Assembly: GCA_964591795.1 (NCBI GenBank)
Contig: CAZQEL010000008.1
Span: 1 to 30,774 of the forward strand
DNA from: an uncultured archaeon
GTDB lineage: Archaea; Iainarchaeota; Iainarchaeia; Iainarchaeales; CSSED10-239
Length of the DNA stretch: 30,774 nt
Direction: 5' to 3'
Shown piece after piece: positions 25,041 through 30,774 of the stretch; the first letter of the stretch is position 1, and each line of letters starts with the position of its first letter. The notes under the pieces were generated by a model. The model had not been told where the DNA came from and did no database searches. It saw only the letters and a list, made by a program, of their open reading frames with translations. Made by a program: the position numbers and the translations under genes.

Positions 25041-26021
25041 TTAAAAATCATCAAGCCAACCTGCTTTTTTATTAATTTTCTTTTTAAAAAATCTACTTAA
25101 GTCTTTAGGATCTTTTGCTTGTTGATATTTAAAATACATATATTGTTTATCAAGACCTAAAATTTCAACTTTTCCTGTCTTATGTGACATTGCATACTTA
25201 AATCTCTTAGCATGTCCATTTAATAGTTTTTTTGCATCTTCTACAATTTTATAACCTTCATAAAGTGATATTTGAAAATGATGCTTAACTCTACTTACTG
25301 GCCTACATTGAAAAATATAATAAGGCACAACACCAATACTAGTTAATTGATTCATAAGCTCAGCTAAGGTATTTGGATTATCATTAACATCTTTCATTAA
25401 AACAGTTTGATTACTAATAATTACATTTGAGTTTATTAAAGCATCAATTGCTTTAATTGATTCTTTTGTAATTTCATTAGGATGATTAAAATGAGTTACA
25501 ACATATAATCTTTTAGTTTTAGTTGAATATTTTTTAAAAAGAGCTAATAATTCTGAATCTGCATATATTCTTTTTGGAAAAGCAATTGGTACTCTAGAAC
25601 CAAATCTTATAAATCTTAAATGTTTAATTTTAGTTAATTTTTTAAGAAAGATTTCTAAAATATCAGTAGATAGCATTAATGAATCGCCACCAGTAACTAA
25701 AACATTTGTTATTTGTTTATTTTTTGCAATATAGGATACTGCATCATCAAGTAAATTTAAAATTTCAGTATTTTTAAGCCCAACTAATCTTTTTCTAAAA
25801 CAAAATCTACAATAGGCAGCACATTGGTTAGTTGATAAAAGTAATGCAGTCTGTTGGTATTTATGTTGTAAACCACCTATCTTAGTATTTGTTGCTTCAC
25901 CACTAGTATCATATGACCCAATTGTATTAAGTTCTTCAATTGATGGAATCATCATTTTTTTAATAGGATCTTTTTTATTTTTCCAATCAATTAAGGATAA
26001 ATAATATTTAGTAATACTCAT
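25041..26021 (-). CDS. KamA-family radical SAM protein (lysine 2,3-aminomutase/EpmB-like)
   Basis: CAAYCRFCFRK CxxxCxxC cluster. ITKYYLSLID resembles the conserved ITPYY..L motif. The homologous N-terminal region appears to continue upstream of the first ATG (see findings). Confidence 0.8.
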   Translation of the reverse strand: MSITKYYLSLIDWKNKKDPIKKMMIPSIEELNTIGSYDTSGEATNTKIGGLQHKYQQTALLLSTNQCAAYCRFCFRKRLVGLKNTEILNLLDDAVSYIAKNKQITNVLVTGGDSLMLSTDILEIFLKKLTKIKHLRFIRFGSRVPIAFPKRIYADSELLALFKKYSTKTKRLYVVTHFNHPNEITKESIKAIDALINSNVIISNQTVLMKDVNDNPNTLAELMNQLTSIGVVPYYIFQCRPVSRVKHHFQISLYEGYKIVEDAKKLLNGHAKRFKYAMSHKTGKVEILGLDKQYMYFKYQQAKDPKDLSRFFKKKINKKAGWLDDF

Positions 26022-26167
26022 TGGATGTATTTTTATTATTTGTTCGAATTTTTTTTCATCAGTTTTAGATATTTTTGTATGTTTTTTTAATTCTTTTAAA
26101 TCTACAATATTATCTTTTAATAGTTTATTTAAATTAATTGTACCACTACTCTTTTTTATAATACTTC

Positions 26168-27187
26168 TTAAGGATAAGCTTCTTTTATTAGCTGTTCTTT
26201 GCCAACAAATTTCTGTCTTATAGATTCCAAAAGTTTATTTATTTCTTCAGCAACACCTGATTTCAAATCCATTGGATGTAGTTGTTTTGATGCAAAGGCA
26301 TTCTCTAAATCCTCTTGTGTTTTAAACTTCAAAGGACCACCCCATTTTTCTGGTCTATCAATTATAAACTCTTCACTCTTATCTTGCTTTTGAGTCATAA
26401 TTAATAGCTTTGCAAAATCAAGTACACCGTTTTCTATGTTTCCTTCTTCACAGTATGCTTTTTTTAATTTGTTTTTAATAGTTTCATAATCATCAATTAA
26501 ATCTATTTTTGAAGCTTGATTTGAAGCTGACATTTTACCATCAGGTGTAAGACCTCTAATGAAAGGAATCATAACTTCAATTCTTGATTTATAACCTATC
26601 TTTGGTAAAAATTCTCTAGCTAAAACAAATATTTTTCTTTGATCAACTGCTCCTAGTTGAATATCACAATCAAGGTGCACTTCATCAACAGATTGCATTA
26701 ATGGGTATAATAAACCAGATATTTTCGGATTATCCCCTTGCTTTACAACATCACTTGATGCTTTTTCTGCATTTCTTACAGTTACCTCTGAGGATAACTT
26801 ATAAAGATCTAAAACATATTCTTTAGATAATTGAAAGTCAGAACCTTTAACTATTTCAAAATTATTTAAATTTCCACCAAGAGCTTCAATCATTCCCTTA
26901 ATTACAATTGAATAGTATTCATATCTTTTTTCTAAAAGAGACCATGGTGTATTATCCAATGCACCATGAAGATCTGCTAAAAGAACTTTAACCTTAAAAC
27001 CTGCGTTTAAAAAATCATTTAATTTTTGCGCCCAAGTAAAATAACCAATATGTGGTCTACCAGTAACTGATGTTCCTAAGTAAACAATAGGTTTTTCTTT
27101 TTCTTGTAATAACTTTAGAAGTTCTCCTTCAGTTATTATTTCTTGTGTGTTTCTTTTTATTAAGTTTATTTTTTTGTCTATATTCAT
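26168..27187 (-). CDS. tyrS: Tyrosyl-tRNA synthetase, short archaeal type
   Basis: HIGH-type motif GRPHIGY and KMSKS-type motif KMSAS. A start at 27187 (MNIDKKINLIKRN) is preferred because the longer track ORF overlaps the YbjQ gene. Confidence 0.9.
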   Translation of the reverse strand: MNIDKKINLIKRNTQEIITEGELLKLLQEKEKPIVYLGTSVTGRPHIGYFTWAQKLNDFLNAGFKVKVLLADLHGALDNTPWSLLEKRYEYYSIVIKGMIEALGGNLNNFEIVKGSDFQLSKEYVLDLYKLSSEVTVRNAEKASSDVVKQGDNPKISGLLYPLMQSVDEVHLDCDIQLGAVDQRKIFVLAREFLPKIGYKSRIEVMIPFIRGLTPDGKMSASNQASKIDLIDDYETIKNKLKKAYCEEGNIENGVLDFAKLLIMTQKQDKSEEFIIDRPEKWGGPLKFKTQEDLENAFASKQLHPMDLKSGVAEEINKLLESIRQKFVGKEQLIKEAYP

Positions 27188-27209
27188 ATTTATTTCACAT
27201 TTATTAAGT

Positions 27210-27536
27210 TTATTTAAATTTAACAGCGGTTCCATAAGCAAGCATTTCTGATGCTCCTCGCATAACCATAGATGTTGTAAATCTTACTCCAATAACTGCA
27301 TCTGCTTTTAGATCAATTGCTTCATTAACCATTCGATTGTATGCTTCTTCTCTTGCTTGAATTGTCATTTCAGTATAGGTTTTTACTTCTCCACCAACTA
27401 AATTTCTAAATCCAGCTCCAATATCTCTACCAAGGTTTCTTGATCTTACAGTATTACCTTTAACAACACCTAAAATTTCAGTAATTTTTTTTTCTGGAAT
27501 TTCAACACCTGTAGTAACAACAATTTCTTTTGTCAT
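27210..27536 (-). CDS. YbjQ/UPF0145-family protein
   Basis: 108 aa. Full-length resemblance (GVVKGNTVRSRNLGRDIGAGFRNLVGGE...AVIGVRF) to the YbjQ family. Confidence 0.8.
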   Translation of the reverse strand: MTKEIVVTTGVEIPEKKITEILGVVKGNTVRSRNLGRDIGAGFRNLVGGEVKTYTEMTIQAREEAYNRMVNEAIDLKADAVIGVRFTTSMVMRGASEMLAYGTAVKFK

Positions 27537-27539
27537 AAA

Positions 27540-27719
27540 TTATTTCACCTTTTTAATTTGTTCAATATCATCTTCTTTTTTATTAAATAAAATAAATAAC
27601 CCAATTATTAAAACTGGTACTCCATATATTAAAAAAAATAAATTAAACATTATTCCTAAAAAAATTAAAATTATAGAAATAAAAATACTAATAAAACCAA
27701 TTAACATTCTATCTTTCAT
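27540..27719 (-). CDS. Unannotated 59-aa two-helix membrane protein
   Basis: Manual translation: MKDRMLIGFISIFISIILIFLGIMFNLFFLIYGVPVLIIGLFILFNKKEDDIEQIKKVK*. Its 3' end supplies the GGTGA ribosome-binding site of the YbjQ gene. Confidence 0.35.
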   Translation of the reverse strand: MKDRMLIGFISIFISIILIFLGIMFNLFFLIYGVPVLIIGLFILFNKKEDDIEQIKKVK

Positions 27720-27810
27720 AAATCACATCTTTTTTGAGTATATATATAATTAAAGGTAAGAAGTATATAAAAATATATAGATGTGGTTAAATTCAACTAA
27801 AAACATATAA

Positions 27811-28740
27811 TTAATTAGCATTTTTATTATCCATATTAAAAACTAAAAAATAACCAATAGACATTAAATTATCTAGAACTAGTGGAATTAATTTTCCTGA
27901 AATATTATTATCCTTAGAAATTTGGCTAAGTAATTTTTCGCAAATATAGTATTGATCAATAATTGTTTTATAATCCCATTTTTTTTCAATAACAGGTGTA
28001 ATTTTGTTTTGATTAATGTCGTCTTCTAAATCAATATAATCATCAATCATTTGAACTAAATAACCAACTCCATACATTAAGTCAATATTTTTCTTAGAAA
28101 CATTTTTGTTAATTGTAGAATATAACAAATCCATAGTTGCTTTAACACCACAATCTCTTTGACTAGTTTTAGTTATTATGCTTCTTGCTTCTGTATCACA
28201 CCATTTCTCAAAATATTTAATTTTTTTAGAATGTAAGTTGCTTGCTAAGTAAGATAATAATTTTAATTGATTTGAATTTATTGGAGAACCGTTAATTGCG
28301 TCCTTTATAATAGTTGATCTTTGTTTAGGAGAAAAAGAATTAAGCTCACCATCAAAAACATGGTCAATTAAAGTATTAAAGGCAGCTGCAAATATTATTT
28401 GTTTACGCATTTTTTTTGAAATTGAAATTAAATTTAAAACTGCTAAGAATGATTTCTCATTTAAATTAAATAGTTTAGATACAAATCTATATTTATTGAA
28501 TTTTTTACCACTTATAAAAAGCATCATATATGCTCCAAGTGCATAAAGTGAAGCTGAACCTAATCTTAGTTTTAAATAAAACGCAGTTTTTTTTATTTCT
28601 GGACAATATTGGTTCACTAACGGAACAATATAATTATCAAAATCACGATTTGATTTGTTCATAATTATAGAAATTAATTTATTATTTGATTCTTTTTTAA
28701 AAAAAGTATATAATTGTTCGATTCTCTTAACTCTATTCAT
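27811..28740 (-). CDS. Hypothetical all-helical protein with polyprenyl-synthase-like Asp-rich motif
   Basis: 309 aa. GYLVQMIDDYIDLEDD resembles the second Asp-rich motif (G..FQ..DD..D). The first motif is degenerate (TLIDHVFDGE). Confidence 0.3.
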   Translation of the reverse strand: MNRVKRIEQLYTFFKKESNNKLISIIMNKSNRDFDNYIVPLVNQYCPEIKKTAFYLKLRLGSASLYALGAYMMLFISGKKFNKYRFVSKLFNLNEKSFLAVLNLISISKKMRKQIIFAAAFNTLIDHVFDGELNSFSPKQRSTIIKDAINGSPINSNQLKLLSYLASNLHSKKIKYFEKWCDTEARSIITKTSQRDCGVKATMDLLYSTINKNVSKKNIDLMYGVGYLVQMIDDYIDLEDDINQNKITPVIEKKWDYKTIIDQYYICEKLLSQISKDNNISGKLIPLVLDNLMSIGYFLVFNMDNKNAN

Positions 28741-28811
28741 AATTAACCACTACGATTAATATTAGGAATAGATAAATATAAAAAGAAATAGATAAAAAGA
28801 GAAAAGAAGAA

Positions 28812-29021
28812 TTATTGAAATAATTCTCCAATATCAACAGTTTCAGATAAAGCAGTTTCTTCTGAAAGAGTATAAGGTATTTCATTTGAAGAAAACAGTT
28901 CATCAAAATTAGCATTATCTAAATTAGTTTGGGTAGATGAAGATGCTGAAAATAATAAAAACGCAAAAACAACTGCAACAACTACAATTAATGCTAATAG
29001 AATCATTTTCGTGAATTTCAT
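28812..29021 (-). CDS. Small secreted protein
   Basis: 69 aa. Signal/anchor MKFTKMILLALIVVVAVVFAFLLFSA. 4-bp overlap with the upstream gene. Confidence 0.4.
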   Translation of the reverse strand: MKFTKMILLALIVVVAVVFAFLLFSASSSTQTNLDNANFDELFSSNEIPYTLSEETALSETVDIGELFQ

Positions 29022-29803
29022 CTATTACCACCAAATCCTTGGCCTTGTCCGTTATTGAATTTATTATGTCTATTCATCATCATATTTTGTAATTTGTCAA
29101 AATTTTTATTAACAAGCATTTGATGTTCAATATTTAGTTTAGTTTTACCTTCTAATAATTTATTTTTGAAATTATATTTTAATAATTCCTTATCTTTAAA
29201 ACAATCTGCATTGTTATCACAAAAACCATTTCTAAACTCATTAAATCCTTTGTTCATGTTTTGTTTCATCTTAGAGTTATGTTCTTTTACTAAAGATTTG
29301 ATTCTTTCTTGTGATTCTGTTTTTAATTGTTTATTTGAAGTTACAAGTCTATCTTTAAACTCAGGATATAATTCAAGAGGAATAACATCTATAATCAAAT
29401 CTCTTGTTTCAAAAACAATTCTTTGAGAATCTTGTTTTAATGAAACATAGTTTAAAATTAGATCATCTTTTGAAAAATTATTACTATCTAAAACATCTAA
29501 AACGTCTAATTTAATTTGTTCTAATTCAGTTAATTTATTTTCAACTGTATTAGTGTCAAGATTATATTCGGTTAAAAAATTAATAGTTTCGTTTAATTGA
29601 TAAATTTTATTATCTATTGATCCTAAAAGTTGAGTAAATCTTATTTTTAATGAAAACTCAGTTTGGGAATAGTTATCTAAATCAGATAAGCTATTAACAT
29701 AAATATTTTGATCAGTTTGCAAATTAACTTCGTCTGCATATACTAAATTTATTGCAAATGCAAAAACAAAAGCTAAAAGAATTATACTAAATATTTTTTT
29801 CAT
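29018..29803 (-). CDS. Secreted coiled-coil-like protein with Gly-rich tail
   Basis: 261 aa. Signal peptide MKKIFSIILLAFVFAFAINLVYA. Tail NNGQGQGFGGNR. AAGGTGATTA ribosome-binding site. Confidence 0.5.
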   Translation of the reverse strand: MKKIFSIILLAFVFAFAINLVYADEVNLQTDQNIYVNSLSDLDNYSQTEFSLKIRFTQLLGSIDNKIYQLNETINFLTEYNLDTNTVENKLTELEQIKLDVLDVLDSNNFSKDDLILNYVSLKQDSQRIVFETRDLIIDVIPLELYPEFKDRLVTSNKQLKTESQERIKSLVKEHNSKMKQNMNKGFNEFRNGFCDNNADCFKDKELLKYNFKNKLLEGKTKLNIEHQMLVNKNFDKLQNMMMNRHNKFNNGQGQGFGGNR

Positions 29804-29840
29804 ATAATCACCTTTAATTTTTTTTATTAATTATAAAAAT

Positions 29841-29910
29841 ATATAAGTGGAACCATTAATATAATTTAACCGGAACAGGTCTTGTTTTACGGGACAAGAC
29901 CGGGAAATCA
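29841..29910 (-). promoter_or_regulatory. Conserved GC-box/TATA promoter element, copy 2 (partner 18541-18610)
   Basis: The reverse complement aligns over 70 nt with copy 1 without gaps. It has the same orientation and distance relative to its downstream gene. Confidence 0.7.
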
Positions 29911-29916
29911 AAACTA

Positions 29917-30621
29917 TTAATCTTTAATTTTTAAAATATAAGTTAGTCCTGATTTTTTTCTTTCAATATAACCTTTTGATTCCAAAGATGATATGTTTCT
30001 TGAAAGACTTGATTTTGGAATATTTAATATTTTTAAAAGTTTATTTTGAGAAACTGTTTTTTCTTTAATTAAAATGTTTAAGATGTTCTTTTGTCTTTGA
30101 TTTATATTTTTATAAGTTAAATTAGGTTTATCTTTTTGTTTTGGTTTTTTTAGAAATAACCAAAAATAAATACTCACTAATAATAATAATAAAATCCCAC
30201 TAAAATATAACCAAAAATTAAAACTAGTATTTGTAGTTTGATCTTTAAAATAGTTTATTTTTATATTTAAAGATTCATTTATTCCAAACCCAGTTACTGT
30301 AATTCGATCATTGTTTGAGCTTATTAGATATTTGTTACTTGTAATAATTGCGTTTATTTTATAATCCTTAGGAAGTACCACTGAAAAATAAAACTTATTA
30401 AAAACAGGATAATTAATATCAAAAGCCCAATATTGACTATTTTTAGTTGTATATGCATAAGTATCATTAGGTAGTAAAACAGAAGGATAATCTGTAACTC
30501 CAGAAACTGTAACTAATCCATCATTATCAATAGAAAAAGATAAATCTGCAACTTCTGAATGAATATTAGGAAGAATTAGAATAAATATTAACAGTATAAA
30601 AATATAATTCTTAAAGTTCAT
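29917..30621 (-). CDS. Membrane-tethered winged-helix transcriptional regulator with an extracytoplasmic N-terminal domain
   Basis: 234 aa. Signal/anchor (YIFILLIFILILP), a beta-rich domain of ~115 aa, a transmembrane helix FWLYFSGILLLLLVSIYFWLFL, then KKPKQKDK and a MarR/ArsR-like wHTH QRQKNILNILIKEKTVSQNKLLKILNIPKSSLSRNISSLESKGYIERKK. Confidence 0.6.
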   Translation of the reverse strand: MNFKNYIFILLIFILILPNIHSEVADLSFSIDNDGLVTVSGVTDYPSVLLPNDTYAYTTKNSQYWAFDINYPVFNKFYFSVVLPKDYKINAIITSNKYLISSNNDRITVTGFGINESLNIKINYFKDQTTNTSFNFWLYFSGILLLLLVSIYFWLFLKKPKQKDKPNLTYKNINQRQKNILNILIKEKTVSQNKLLKILNIPKSSLSRNISSLESKGYIERKKSGLTYILKIKD

Positions 30622-30700
30622 TCACATCACATTATAAGTTATAAATAATATAGATATAATTTACAAACAAAATAAAAAGGGTTTTATTAATTATAAAAGG

Positions 30701-30773
30701 CGCCTCAGGTAGGAGTTGAACCTACGACCTATCGGTTAACAGCCGATTGCTCTAACCACTAAGCTACTGAGGC
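30701..30773 (-). tRNA. tRNA-Asn (anticodon GTT)
   Basis: Manual cloverleaf. Acceptor GCCTCAG/CTGAGGC. D stem GCTT/GAGC. Anticodon stem ATCGG/CCGAT with loop CTGTTAA. Variable loop AGGTC. T stem GTAGG/CCTAC with loop TTCAACT. Discriminator G. 73 nt. Confidence 0.85.
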
Positions 30774-30774
30774 A

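Noticed and set aside
27188-27241. 18-codon N-terminal extension of tyrS in the ORF track.
   Set aside because: It overlaps the 3' end of the YbjQ gene. The internal Met at 27187 gives an N-terminus of the length recalled for archaeal TyrRS.
28733-28915. 60-aa minus-strand ORF overlapping the small secreted-protein gene.
   Set aside because: It overlaps 28812-29021 out of frame, has a low-complexity sequence and has no translation signal. The signal-peptide ORF coupled to 29018-29803 is the better model.
29885-29905. Hairpin GGTCTTG-N10-CAAGACC in copy 2 of the GC-box element as a riboswitch or sRNA stem.
   Set aside because: The 3' arm is replaced by unrelated sequence in copy 1 (18567-18574), so the pairing is not conserved. 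The element also lies upstream of the TATA-like box.
30701-30773. tRNA-Asn as the attachment site of an integrated element covering the window.
   Set aside because: No second copy of any part of the tRNA was found in the window. The adjacent genes are interleaved with essential genes rather than forming one island.
1-30774. CRISPR arrays, rRNA genes, and integrase or transposase genes.
   Set aside because: No regularly spaced short repeats and no rRNA-like GC-rich stretches were seen. None of the ORFs shows tyrosine/serine recombinase or DDE motifs recognisable by eye.

Overview
This is a very AT-rich, gene-dense window, and almost all genes lie on the minus strand. Several features point to a small archaeal (DPANN-like) chromosome; this is inference only. 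They are a long archaeal/eukaryal-type GluRS, a short archaeal-type TyrRS, a tandem Lrp/AsnC regulator, TATA-like boxes about 25 nt upstream of start codons, and GGTGA ribosome-binding sites. Housekeeping genes include gltX, tyrS, disA, a Gpt-like phosphoribosyltransferase, a KamA-family radical SAM enzyme, NUDIX, HAD, MBL and YbjQ proteins, and tRNA-Asn. These are interleaved with many toxin-antitoxin or abortive-infection modules: two AbiEi/AbiEii pairs, a TacT-like GNAT with a small upstream ORF, a PIN-like/UPF0175 pair, a RelE-like pair, a class II Fic protein, a DUF4143 AAA ATPase and a Schlafen/AlbA_2 ATPase. No CRISPR array, integrase or transposase was recognised. There are five main observations. 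(1) Two single-module cassettes (GNAT module, AAA ATPase) are each bracketed by direct repeats (77 bp and 55 bp) that duplicate the 3' end of the adjacent housekeeping gene (phosphoribosyltransferase, gltX). A third repeat of about 79 bp likewise derives from the 3' end of an ORF. (2) The Fic gene is bracketed exactly by two inverted copies of a 51-nt stem-loop element. (3) A GC-rich 5' region of 70-110 nt is shared by two secreted-protein genes 11 kb apart, and one copy lies directly downstream of a membrane-tethered winged-helix regulator. (4) A Schlafen-like ATPase and an HhH-GPD glycosylase form an operon beside a 2-kb stretch of gene fragments. (5) Three genes have reading-frame anomalies at their 5' ends or interiors: disA, the KamA-like gene and a methyltransferase. 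All functional calls come from motif recognition by eye; no database search was run.
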